A stretch of DNA of 64,000 nucleotides from Flavobacteriales bacterium (GCA_044369395.1 JBIPLZ010000421.1:24847-88846); one strand, 5' to 3'; numbered from the stretch's first letter, positions 29,151 through 37,184 are shown. Numbers and translations are program-made. The notes: generated by a model not told the origin, from the letters alone.

Positions 29151-29294
29151 ATGGATAATAATATCGTTGGTCAAATTGCATACTTCACAGTTTGTTTTGC
29201 AGTTTTGGTGGTGCTGTTTACTCCTGTTAATGTCTGGTTGTTGGAAAAAATGTTTGCGGTATTAGACAAAGTTTTTATGACTCCAAAAAACTAG
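29151..29294 (+). CDS. small hydrophobic membrane protein (47 aa)
   Basis: MDNNIVGQIAYFTVCFAVLVVLFTPVNVWLLEKMFAVLDKVFMTPKN. Preceded by AAGGAGTTTAGTT-ATG. It is too short for the ORF track. It is flanked by the repeated ~130-bp elements. Confidence 0.45.
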   Translation: MDNNIVGQIAYFTVCFAVLVVLFTPVNVWLLEKMFAVLDKVFMTPKN

Positions 29295-29419
29295 CAGAGG
29301 ACACCTTCGGGTGTAATGCACTATGAAGGCTAGACTTCATAACGGTTCCAAGTCCGGCATATACAGTCATGCTCATGTTGAGTGTGGCTGTTTTTGTTTC
29401 TAGATTAAGGAGTTTTACG
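29293..29419 (+). promoter_or_regulatory. repeated intergenic cassette, copy B (UUCG-tetraloop hairpin GACACC-TTCG-GGTGTA)
   Basis: Shares GCAGAGGACAC, GGTGTAATGCACTA, AACGGTTCCAAGTCCG, GGCTGTTTTTGTTTCTAGAT and AAGGAGTT with copy A. Confidence 0.5.
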
Positions 29420-30034
29420 ATGGCTAATGTTAACTTTTGTGTTGTATGTGGTTCTGAAGTTCTTACCGGTGTTGATGCTGGTGAGGCTTTTGCTATTGGG
29501 TATTGCGAGTGTATCGCAGTGCCAGAAGTTGATGTTTTTGTTTTGGAGGATACTGATATGCCTTGTTGTGTTCCAGATAACAAAACATTCATTTTTTGTA
29601 GCGATTGCGGACATGAGGGAAGTAATCCTTGCAACTGTAAGGGAGTTACAATAGAAGACGAAGAATTCATCTACGTCTATGAAGAAGCAGAGGTTCTTGC
29701 TGCTTCTGTTGGTTGTCAATCATGTAATCAAGCTGCTTGTAAAGGGCCTAATGAACGTGGATACTGTCTTGAGTATTACGACTACGAAAACGAAAAAGCA
29801 CTTCGGAAGTTTCAAGGATTAGAGGAGGATGACCCAGAACCACAGGTAGAAAAAGTTCGCTCCTTTTATGAAGAAGCGTTTTTAATGTTGGCAATCTTGA
29901 CTAGTTTCTTTCGTCTTCTGTATGCCATCTCAACAGGGAAAGTTAATGATCCTTCCTTGGTCATTGCGTGGTATGCGTTTTGCGGTTACTTGATCTTGTC
30001 TTATACCGCAGTCATTCTGTGGTTTGTACTTTAA
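29420..30034 (+). CDS. Cys-rich zinc-binding protein with C-terminal transmembrane anchor
   Basis: MANVNFCVVCGSE...CCVPDNKTFIFCSDCGHEGSNPCNCKG plus C-terminal hydrophobic helices. Preceded by AAGGAGTTTTACG-ATG. Confidence 0.5.
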   Translation: MANVNFCVVCGSEVLTGVDAGEAFAIGYCECIAVPEVDVFVLEDTDMPCCVPDNKTFIFCSDCGHEGSNPCNCKGVTIEDEEFIYVYEEAEVLAASVGCQSCNQAACKGPNERGYCLEYYDYENEKALRKFQGLEEDDPEPQVEKVRSFYEEAFLMLAILTSFFRLLYAISTGKVNDPSLVIAWYAFCGYLILSYTAVILWFVL

Positions 30035-30039
30035 ATAAT

Positions 30040-30177
30040 TTTGACTTAGCTGATAGGCAGCTTGGGAGTTCGACGCTCTCACTAAGTCTTTGATCTGAAC
30101 TATCACGGATCTTGCAGTCATCTACGCTCTTGTAGGTGGCTGTTTTAATTGATAGCTACTCTAAAGGAGTATTGGTT
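30040..30177 (+). promoter_or_regulatory. third upstream element sharing the GGTGGCTGTTTT box and AAGGAGTATTGGTT RBS
   Basis: Partial similarity to copies A and B in the proximal 40 nt. Confidence 0.35.
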
Positions 30178-30444
30178 ATGGCTAATTGTATTTGTGGGTG
30201 TAAACGACCAGTTGAGCAACGGTGCGGTACTGAAGAGTATCTTGATGACGTTGGAGCTTGTAACATTTGCAACGCTCCATGTTTCGGTTACATCTGCACT
30301 CGTTGCGAAACTCTAGAGATAGAGTTGTGTAAAAAACAGGAAGAGGAAATGTTGGAAGTTATGAGAAATGATTTAATTGATCCAATCTTAGATTTTCTTG
30401 ATCCTGACAATATTGAAAATCGTCGAATACAAAATAACGATTAA
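30178..30444 (+). CDS. small Cys-rich zinc-ribbon protein
   Basis: MANCICGCKRPVEQRCG...CNICNAPCFGYICTRCE. Preceded by AAGGAGTATTGGTT-ATG. Confidence 0.5.
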   Translation: MANCICGCKRPVEQRCGTEEYLDDVGACNICNAPCFGYICTRCETLEIELCKKQEEEMLEVMRNDLIDPILDFLDPDNIENRRIQNND

Positions 30445-30470
30445 TAATTAGTTTAGTTGATTTTTCTAAA

Positions 30471-30503
30471 GCTCATGCGTGTTGCATGGGCTTGTTCTGT
30501 TTA
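30471..30503 (+). terminator. intrinsic terminator-like hairpin 1 (GCTCATGC-GTGTT-GCATGGGC then U-rich)
   Basis: 8-bp stem, GTGTT loop, followed by TTGTTCTGTTTA. Confidence 0.5.
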
Positions 30504-30506
30504 TAG

Positions 30507-30538
30507 CCTCTGCGTGTTGCAGGGGTTTGTTCTTTTTA
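30507..30538 (+). terminator. intrinsic terminator-like hairpin 2 (CCTCTGC-GTGTT-GCAGGGG then TTTGTTCTTTTT)
   Basis: Same loop as hairpin 1, with compensatory stem changes. Confidence 0.55.
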
Positions 30539-30554
30539 TACATAGGAGTTTGAT

Positions 30555-33404
30555 ATGTCATTATGGAATTACAGATTGCCAGCAATTGTTTGTTATAAAG
30601 ATAAGCAGCACATTGCTTACCGATTTACCAAGGGAGGAGTGAAAGTAAAGCTCCTTTCTTGGAAAGAAAAGTTTTCGGAGTCGTTCTTCAAAGCTGTTGG
30701 TACTCCTGATAAGAACAGTACCAATGTGATGAATGAACTTGAGGTTAAGACCTTCAACGGTCACGACTACTTCAAAGTAGAAGGCATTGTATTCTCCTGT
30801 TCGACAGGAGATGTAATGAAAGATAACAACATCATTAAGTTGTTTGATGGTGTTGAACTTACCGAAGGTACAGCTCTTAGAGAAGACCCTGAGAACGGGT
30901 TTTATAAGGGTATGTACAACGCTCATGCTCATAAGCGTCATTTAGAAGACAAACAAGCAGGTATTGTGCCTGCTGTTCCAACTACTACAGCACCAGCTTC
31001 GGTGTCTGTGGAGGTGTTTACTCAAGAACCTATAAAGGAGGTAGATAGAGTGAAGCAACATATTCAGCACTTGCTTGATACAGAACGGATCAAGGAGTTG
31101 AGCAGTAACACAAAGGTAAAGGGAGTCTACGGCAGGGATTATCATATGATCCGTGCTGTATCCAAAGGTAGGGCCTATAGGGTCTTCACAATGGACAAGG
31201 GCAAAGATTGCAAAGAAATCCTTCACGCTATGGAGGGCTTCTTAATAATTGCAGTCAACAAACCCGATACCGTATTATTTGCAGTGTCTGAAGAACCCAC
31301 TACGTTCTTAGCGTGGTTCAAGGATTTCGGCTTTGGGATCAAGAAAGGGCCAAAGCTTAGTAAACGGTTATCGCAATTCATTAGACCCTATCTAATGTTT
31401 GCAAGTTTTGGTCCAAAGATTTTTAACATTAAGATCTTAACCAAAGAAAATTGGTCGGGTGATTTCCGCACTGTTGACGGTGCAAATATCATAAGCACAA
31501 GAGCCTTTCGGTTTTTACTCGCAGTAACCGTAGGTAATCTTATAAAAGCCGGTGATCAAGAAGCTGCTGATCTCATTCAGCAGATGGGCGAAGAAAACGT
31601 TGTATTCAACGGCAGGCTTTGGTTGCCAGGATATGGATTCATCAAGGGTCAGTTCTTTGTCTCTCCTTTCATCAAGGAAGATTTTGTTATCCACGAGGGT
31701 AACATCAAGGATGAGATCCGAGTAAATTGTCCATACGCATACCTTGGTATGGACCCACAGCCCGGTAAACTTTCACTCGAGTCAAACGGTCAGGGGTGTA
31801 ACAACTTCCCACCACCGTTTGGGATTGGTCACGGTGTAAAAGTTGCTGATAGCTTGTTGTACAAGAATGTTGTCAAAGCTTGTGATAAAGCTTTAGAACG
31901 TCTTAAGACTGGCAAGCTTGAGACATCTCTCAAAGACCTCTTGATCTTGTTGCAAAACAACTTGATTGAGGAGAGTGAGACTACCAAGGGAAGACTTAAC
32001 CTTGCTCACTGGAGTGAGTTTGATTCTCCTAAATCTAACCCTGCATTGTTTGGCAGGGAAGCTAAAGATGGTCTACGTCGCATGGTTGACTTAGATGAGC
32101 TTAACATCAATGTCAAAGTTGATGGTGGCACATATTGCCAAACAGTTTCAGAGTCAGTAATGGCTTTGATTGGTGTGCCTACTATCATTGAGAAGGGTAC
32201 TGTCCAATACAATTCTCGGTGGATGGTTTACGTCATGAATGACGAGGACTACATTGCTAACCTCCCCAACCATGGTGGTCCTGACATGGACGATAAGTTC
32301 TGTCAGATACTAATGCGACAAGAAGGTTTTGATGGCATTCGATGCTTTATGTATCGGAATCCATCCGACAGGGGTGAGTACAATGTACTTACCTTCAAGG
32401 GTGAGCCACCTGTTAAAATCAGCGAAGTCATCTTACCAGCTAAGATGCCTCTTAAGCTAACCGAGCGGGATTGGAAGTTGCCAGAAGTTCCATCGGCTAC
32501 AAGGCCGAAAGTAGTTTACGTTGATGCAGATTATGCCATCGACGAGTTTTACAAAGAGCTCGATCTAGAGGGTGCAAACCCTGGATTGGGTATCAACGTA
32601 GGCAGCTTGTGGAACGCTTCTAACCCTGACGTGTCGCTTAGAAATAAGCACATGCCTAGCAATGAAGCTCAGGTTGACTCTACCGTTCAGCTTAAAGACG
32701 GTGTTGATATCGTCTTTATCAAAGGCTGCATGGTGAAAACTATGAAGGAGGTTCTTCAATCTACTTGGATGGTCGATCACCGCAGGTTGCGCAACGTCAA
32801 GAAGATGTTCAAGGATGACGCTCACTACAACTCTTGGGTTGCAAAACTCAAGAAGCAAGGCCGTCTTCCCGAAGCTGGCAACTGGTGGACTCGTCTAGTT
32901 ACTGAGTGTGACAAGGTGGTTAAAACCACTATTGAGAAGATTGACCAGACTATCGAGTCAGTCAGACTTCGTAACAATTACAACCTTATCAGCCCTACAC
33001 CTCTTAATGCTTCACAGCTTGAGATGGTTGCTAGGTATGTCTCCAAGATGATGCGTGTTCAAGGTGCGTGTGGTCGCACACCAGAGACTCGCAACACCGG
33101 ACTTAGAAATGCTAAGGACAGCATCACCCAGAAAGGCCACGAATGGATCGCCAAGGGTATGAAAGAACACTTCAACACCCTGTGTGATAAATTCGCAGCA
33201 TGGGGACTGGTTGAGCAAGACGGGGTCAAACTCAGCAGAACTCCTGTTCGTGTTGCTATTGCAATAGCGCACGTAGTTAACAACCACTCCTTCGTAGGTA
33301 GAGAAAACCCAATCGTCACGGATTGGCTAATGGATCGTAAGGAATACTTCAACACCTACTTGAGTATCCTTAAGACCTACAAGAAGGTTACTGCTACTAA
33401 GTAG
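30555..33404 (+). CDS. large hypothetical protein (949 aa)
   Basis: Long ORF with RBS AGGAG. It is preceded by tandem terminator-like hairpins. It contains a KVDGG motif but no convincing family assignment. Confidence 0.5.
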   Translation: MSLWNYRLPAIVCYKDKQHIAYRFTKGGVKVKLLSWKEKFSESFFKAVGTPDKNSTNVMNELEVKTFNGHDYFKVEGIVFSCSTGDVMKDNNIIKLFDGVELTEGTALREDPENGFYKGMYNAHAHKRHLEDKQAGIVPAVPTTTAPASVSVEVFTQEPIKEVDRVKQHIQHLLDTERIKELSSNTKVKGVYGRDYHMIRAVSKGRAYRVFTMDKGKDCKEILHAMEGFLIIAVNKPDTVLFAVSEEPTTFLAWFKDFGFGIKKGPKLSKRLSQFIRPYLMFASFGPKIFNIKILTKENWSGDFRTVDGANIISTRAFRFLLAVTVGNLIKAGDQEAADLIQQMGEENVVFNGRLWLPGYGFIKGQFFVSPFIKEDFVIHEGNIKDEIRVNCPYAYLGMDPQPGKLSLESNGQGCNNFPPPFGIGHGVKVADSLLYKNVVKACDKALERLKTGKLETSLKDLLILLQNNLIEESETTKGRLNLAHWSEFDSPKSNPALFGREAKDGLRRMVDLDELNINVKVDGGTYCQTVSESVMALIGVPTIIEKGTVQYNSRWMVYVMNDEDYIANLPNHGGPDMDDKFCQILMRQEGFDGIRCFMYRNPSDRGEYNVLTFKGEPPVKISEVILPAKMPLKLTERDWKLPEVPSATRPKVVYVDADYAIDEFYKELDLEGANPGLGINVGSLWNASNPDVSLRNKHMPSNEAQVDSTVQLKDGVDIVFIKGCMVKTMKEVLQSTWMVDHRRLRNVKKMFKDDAHYNSWVAKLKKQGRLPEAGNWWTRLVTECDKVVKTTIEKIDQTIESVRLRNNYNLISPTPLNASQLEMVARYVSKMMRVQGACGRTPETRNTGLRNAKDSITQKGHEWIAKGMKEHFNTLCDKFAAWGLVEQDGVKLSRTPVRVAIAIAHVVNNHSFVGRENPIVTDWLMDRKEYFNTYLSILKTYKKVTATK

Positions 33405-33552
33405 CAGATAGTCTCTCTCACTTCTAATCTCCTCGCAAGGCTTCGCGGGATAGTCTTTGGCTCGGAACAAGGCCTTCGCTCGGAAGCCTCGCTCAGTCCA
33501 ACCAAGCAAAACACACGGACAGTAGTAGTCTCTCTAGCATGGTAGCGGTAGT

Positions 33553-33561
33553 GGTGTGGGG
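33553..33561 (+). promoter_or_regulatory. GGTGTGGGG intergenic motif, copy 1 (CGGTAGTGGTGTGGGGA)
   Basis: Exact 9-mer. The 17-mer is shared with copy 2. Confidence 0.4.
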
Positions 33562-33572
33562 AATAGAGGCAT

Positions 33573-33914
33573 ATGGCTTCTATTCAATTATCTACTTATC
33601 AAGGAGTATCTATCGTGCTAGAAAAATTCGCTTTCATTTCCCGTCACATTCCAACCGAAAGCCAAGTTCGCTTGGCCTTGGAAAAAGGAATTGAGCTTGT
33701 TCATGTTGGTGATCGGGACGGGTTCACTATTAACCCGAAAGAATTTATCGCTGCCGATTTTAGAGGAGTCGTGGTCGTTCACGCTCAAGCAGCCCTGACT
33801 TGCTTTAAGTACGGATTCTCTGTCGGCGTGTTTAACAATGTTAACAGGGCTCCTCTTGGTGAGAAGCCAGTGTTCGAGACTACTGAGTTATTCATAACAG
33901 AAAGGAATATCTAA
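33573..33914 (+). CDS. hypothetical protein (alternative GTG start 33615 after AAGGAG)
   Basis: ORF preceded by a GGTGTGGGG motif. The internal GTG at 33615 has the better RBS. Confidence 0.4.
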   Translation: MASIQLSTYQGVSIVLEKFAFISRHIPTESQVRLALEKGIELVHVGDRDGFTINPKEFIAADFRGVVVVHAQAALTCFKYGFSVGVFNNVNRAPLGEKPVFETTELFITERNI

Positions 33915-34150
33915 TGTTCAATTTGTACAAGCCCGTAAGGGCAGGCTCGCATTACGAGTTAGACCTTGATCTTAACTTCATCTGCTTGCATCCATTCGAG
34001 ATGCAAGCACGTGAAGAGGCCGCACGGTCTAATGATGATGAATATCACGGAGGGTACTTCACTCTCCGTGACTTAGTAAAATTCCTCGATCATCACAACA
34101 TGAAACTAGAGGATCTCCGTCACTGGAGTCCACCAAAGAAAGGGGCATAA
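33914..34150 (+). CDS. hypothetical protein
   Basis: 78-aa ORF, ATGA-coupled to the upstream gene. Confidence 0.4.
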   Translation: MFNLYKPVRAGSHYELDLDLNFICLHPFEMQAREEAARSNDDEYHGGYFTLRDLVKFLDHHNMKLEDLRHWSPPKKGA

Positions 34151-34151
34151 T

Positions 34152-34391
34152 ATGGGCATCTACATAGCCCGTTTCCACACAGATTTACTAGTAGAAGACT
34201 ATCCCACTCCTTACGGAGTGGGTGAATACAACGAAGCAGTAGCCTATGTGGAAGACTACTGCAATCGCATAAAAGGAATCGAGCCCCGCTTCGATCTCGT
34301 TCTCTATACCGGAGATGGCAGAGAATATGAACGAGCCAGTATTGAATACTGGAAAAAATACCTTCCTAATCCTCTTCACCCTCAAGGGTGA
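34152..34391 (+). CDS. hypothetical protein
   Basis: 79-aa ORF. Its stop lies inside the intrinsic-terminator hairpin. Confidence 0.4.
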   Translation: MGIYIARFHTDLLVEDYPTPYGVGEYNEAVAYVEDYCNRIKGIEPRFDLVLYTGDGREYERASIEYWKKYLPNPLHPQG

Positions 34392-34406
34392 TGGGGATTT
34401 TTTTTA
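34377..34406 (+). terminator. rho-independent terminator
   Basis: TCACCC-TCAA-GGGTGA stem-loop followed by TGGGGATTTTTTTT. Confidence 0.6.
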
Positions 34407-34517
34407 AAAACCCTGTCGCACTTCGTGCCCACTTTATATTATCCGCTCCCTGTCGCTCGCTCCCTCAGGAGGTAAGCCAATGCTGTTAGTGGTACTTCAA
34501 GTAACCGTGCCGGTAGT

Positions 34518-34526
34518 GGTGTGGGG
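34518..34526 (+). promoter_or_regulatory. GGTGTGGGG motif, copy 2 (CGGTAGTGGTGTGGGGA)
   Basis: Exact 9-mer, upstream of the 34586 gene. Confidence 0.4.
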
Positions 34527-34585
34527 ATACTACCACGCTGTTGTGCGTAAGATCCTATAACTCATCCTATCTAAGGAGTATTCGC

Positions 34586-35131
34586 ATGTTGACTAACGTA
34601 CAAGGACTTATTAACGAACTAACTACCTATCAGATTAATGAAGGGTACAAGCTCGGGGGCAAGGGCCCTGCTATGAAAAAGCTTGCTGGAACTATCAAGG
34701 AGATCTTTCCAAGCTTATCTGATGCAGACAAAGGAATCTTTCTTGCAACAGTAGGAAGAGGCAGGTTCGCAATCAACAAAGACATATGGGATATGTTTTG
34801 CGAAGCTGTAGGCATCGAAGCCCCTGCACCAACACCTACACCAGCTCCTGCTACACTAGCACCGCAGACAAACAAGGTTGCGGGCGAGATCTTGGAGCAT
34901 GTCAAGGGGCACTTGGTAGCCATCAACTTGCTAGACAAGGCTATGGAAGCACAGTTGAATACCATGGATCGTCAAGCTGAAAAACTTGACTCTCACCAAG
35001 CTATCCTACAAAGCTTAGTAGGCATGGTTAGCGACCTACAAAAGCAAGTTGCTGAACTCAAGAAGCCTGCTTCACCCCGAAGAGGAGCAAGAGCTAAAGT
35101 CGAAGACAGTATCGAGCTTGCTTCCGTGTAA
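34586..35131 (+). CDS. hypothetical two-domain protein with APAPTPTPAPA linker
   Basis: Starts MLTNVQGL after AAGGAGTATTCGC. Followed by a strong intrinsic terminator. Confidence 0.45.
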   Translation: MLTNVQGLINELTTYQINEGYKLGGKGPAMKKLAGTIKEIFPSLSDADKGIFLATVGRGRFAINKDIWDMFCEAVGIEAPAPTPTPAPATLAPQTNKVAGEILEHVKGHLVAINLLDKAMEAQLNTMDRQAEKLDSHQAILQSLVGMVSDLQKQVAELKKPASPRRGARAKVEDSIELASV

Positions 35132-35139
35132 ACCAAAAG

Positions 35140-35171
35140 CCTCTACCCGAAAGGGTAGGGGTTTCTTTTTT
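35140..35171 (+). terminator. rho-independent terminator
   Basis: CCTCTACCC-GAAA-GGGTAGGGG then TTTCTTTTTT. Confidence 0.7.
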
Positions 35172-35268
35172 AGAAAACCCTGTCCTCGCTACGCTCGCTC
35201 TGGATTCGTACGCAGTCGTTCCTCCTGCGGGCAATTGGCAAACGCTAGTCGCTGTTACCCCCTGTCTT

Positions 35269-35277
35269 GGTGTGGGG
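35269..35277 (+). promoter_or_regulatory. GGTGTGGGG motif, copy 3 (TTGGTGTGGGGTTTC)
   Basis: Exact 9-mer in a long non-coding region. Confidence 0.35.
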
Positions 35278-35456
35278 TTTCCAACCTTTGGCAAACCACC
35301 ACGGACTTCTAGCGGAAAAAGAAGACAGTATAAAAGGATCTCAATGTCCTTAATGTAACAAGATGGTGGGGAAAAGGTTATGGGGAACTAACTTCATTTC
35401 CTAAATTACCTACTTTATCACATCTTTTACGCTGTTTTTCCGTGTGTGGCGGTTTC

Positions 35457-35465
35457 GGTGTGGGG
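35457..35465 (+). promoter_or_regulatory. GGTGTGGGG motif, copy 4 (TCGGTGTGGGGCTT), next to a GCTGTTTTT box
   Basis: Exact 9-mer, about 60 nt upstream of the 35523 start. Confidence 0.35.
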
Positions 35466-35522
35466 CTTTACGTCGATGCGTACTGCCCTTTTTCGTTTCC
35501 AGTTCTTGTAAAGGAGGTAGTT

Positions 35523-35711
35523 ATGCCACGTAGAAAGTGCCCCGTCAGAGATGTCAGGGTGCAGAGCACAGTGTTGATTGATGTCAGCACCAGTGAGCGA
35601 TTCAAGGTACTCACAAGTGATGAGTACGCATTATTTCTGGAAGGACTTGTTGTCCAATCAGAAGGTCAGAATCAAATGAAAACTACAAAGGAGATTTGCA
35701 ATGTTATTTAG
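35523..35711 (+). CDS. small basic hypothetical protein
   Basis: MPRRKCPVRDVRVQ... after AAAGGAGGTAGTT-ATG. The upstream part of the tracked ORF is probably non-coding. Confidence 0.4.
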   Translation: MPRRKCPVRDVRVQSTVLIDVSTSERFKVLTSDEYALFLEGLVVQSEGQNQMKTTKEICNVI

Positions 35712-36207
35712 TTCCAACAACAGCGTTAACTTTCGTCAAAAACTGGTAGTCCTCGTAGGCTTCCAAGTATGTCTTATACTAATCGCCAATGTGTTTTGTG
35801 CAAACGAAACAGCGGAGGCAATGGTATATGAACTGCAAATGGATGAAATGGCAGACTACTACGAAGGAAAAGAACGAGTCAAAAATAGACTCGCAGAACT
35901 TGATCTACAACGATGCTGCTCAGGCAGAGTTGCAGAAGAAAAAGAGTGCAAAGTAGAACACTGCCACTGCATGGGTATGCCAAATGCTGAGTGCCAAGAG
36001 ATCTGGTGTGACAACCCAGAGATCATAACTGATGAGATATGGTTCATGGATCAAATGGACATCTCACGGATTAATATTGATCGTAAATACAAGGAAGGAA
36101 AATACCTTCTCTTTGTAGATAAGATCGGAAGGGTATTCAGATTTGATTTGTCCTTAGAATCAGAAGAGTATAAACCCCAAAAAATAAAGGAGTTCATACG
36201 TGATTAG
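35701..36207 (+). CDS. secreted/membrane Cys-rich protein
   Basis: N-terminal hydrophobic signal (LVVLVGFQVCLILIANVFCANETAEA) and Cys cluster (CCSGRV...CKVEHCHCMGMPNAECQEIWCD). Confidence 0.45.
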   Translation: MLFSSNNSVNFRQKLVVLVGFQVCLILIANVFCANETAEAMVYELQMDEMADYYEGKERVKNRLAELDLQRCCSGRVAEEKECKVEHCHCMGMPNAECQEIWCDNPEIITDEIWFMDQMDISRINIDRKYKEGKYLLFVDKIGRVFRFDLSLESEEYKPQKIKEFIRD

Positions 36208-36297
36208 TACAACACAAGAAGCGTTCCAATTCTTTGCAATCATACTGTCAGGTTTCATACTCTTTGGAACCTGCATACTATTAGGATATAAATTACT

Positions 36298-36636
36298 ATG
36301 CCTAATCTAAAAGCAAAGTTATTTCTACTACTCACCGGAGGCATACTATTTGTCTCCGGTTGCAGTAAACCCGATGAAAACCTAACTGATTCTTGCTTAT
36401 ACATAACACAAAGAGTTCCAAGCACCAAAGAAGTTTGGGATCAGTTAGAAGAATCTGCAAAGATGGAAAGAAAAATCCGTCGTGCAAACGTAAAAGTAAA
36501 ACAACTCTGGCCTATGCACCCCACAGATATATCCGAATCAAACATACCAACGTTTCTTAGAGATCCGTACAAATGGTATCTATGTAGAGATAACGAGTGG
36601 GAAGTCTATGCCATATCAACCAACAAAGGAAACTAA
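36298..36636 (+). CDS. lipoprotein (lipobox FVSGC)
   Basis: MPNLKAKLFLLLTGGILFVSGCSKPDEN is a classical signal peptidase II signal. Confidence 0.55.
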   Translation: MPNLKAKLFLLLTGGILFVSGCSKPDENLTDSCLYITQRVPSTKEVWDQLEESAKMERKIRRANVKVKQLWPMHPTDISESNIPTFLRDPYKWYLCRDNEWEVYAISTNKGN

Positions 36637-36638
36637 CT

Positions 36639-36809
36639 ATGTATAAAGTTCTAAGCTTGCTTATGATTCCAATCACGTTCTTTACCTTCTTCGGCATAGC
36701 AGACTTCTACGTAGCTAACAACTACACAGAAGGTTCTATGATGGCAGCGTTACTATCTACATTCACTCTAAACTTATGCACACTAGGGTACACCCTTAGT
36801 AGATGCTAA
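36639..36809 (+). CDS. small membrane protein
   Basis: MYKVLSLLMIPITFFTFFGIADFYV... with an RBS-like AAAGGAAA upstream. Confidence 0.4.
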   Translation: MYKVLSLLMIPITFFTFFGIADFYVANNYTEGSMMAALLSTFTLNLCTLGYTLSRC

Positions 36810-36821
36810 TAAGGAGGCTTC

Positions 36822-37097
36822 ATGAGTTTTACCTTAAAAGCAGTGCTAATAACCGCAGCAGTGTCTCTATATTTTTATAACTTCCCTGTCAAAAAATATA
36901 CGGAAGACCCTGTTAGATTAATGTTGATACCTTACAACGTAATGCCAGATCCTAAACATAGGACGGATTCAATCTTAATGGCAGACGAAACAGGTAAGAA
37001 GTATCTACTGAGTTTTAGAGGAATCATAATGGACTGCGAACATTACCTCACACCGCTACGAAACTTAACAAATAAATTAGACCCCTACTACGAATAA
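36822..37097 (+). CDS. small membrane protein
   Basis: MSFTLKAVLITAAVSLYFYNF N-terminal TM helix, after AAGGAGG. Confidence 0.4.
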   Translation: MSFTLKAVLITAAVSLYFYNFPVKKYTEDPVRLMLIPYNVMPDPKHRTDSILMADETGKKYLLSFRGIIMDCEHYLTPLRNLTNKLDPYYE

Positions 37098-37136
37098 GAC
37101 TCCTATCAACCATTAACCCTGCATCACCCTTGAGGT

Positions 37137-37145
37137 GGTGTGGGG
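37137..37145 (+). promoter_or_regulatory. GGTGTGGGG motif, copy 5 (GGTGGTGTGGGGTTTCTTTTT)
   Basis: Exact 9-mer followed by a T-run. It may double as a terminator 3' arm. Confidence 0.35.
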
Positions 37146-37184
37146 TTTCTTTTTGCCCACGGTTTTCCATTTTCGTTTTTCCCC

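Noticed and set aside
25656-33404. The 908-aa and 949-aa proteins as a T7-like single-subunit RNA polymerase, which would have explained the repeated promoter-like elements
   Set aside because: Neither sequence shows the invariant T7-RNAP motifs (DxSxSG motif A, RxxxKxxxxxxYG motif B, HD motif C) or a DxDGD metal-binding loop on manual inspection.
30555-33404. KVDGG in the 949-aa protein as motif I (KxDG) of a ligase/capping nucleotidyltransferase
   Set aside because: Downstream motifs III, IV and V could not be placed convincingly, and a single short motif is insufficient.
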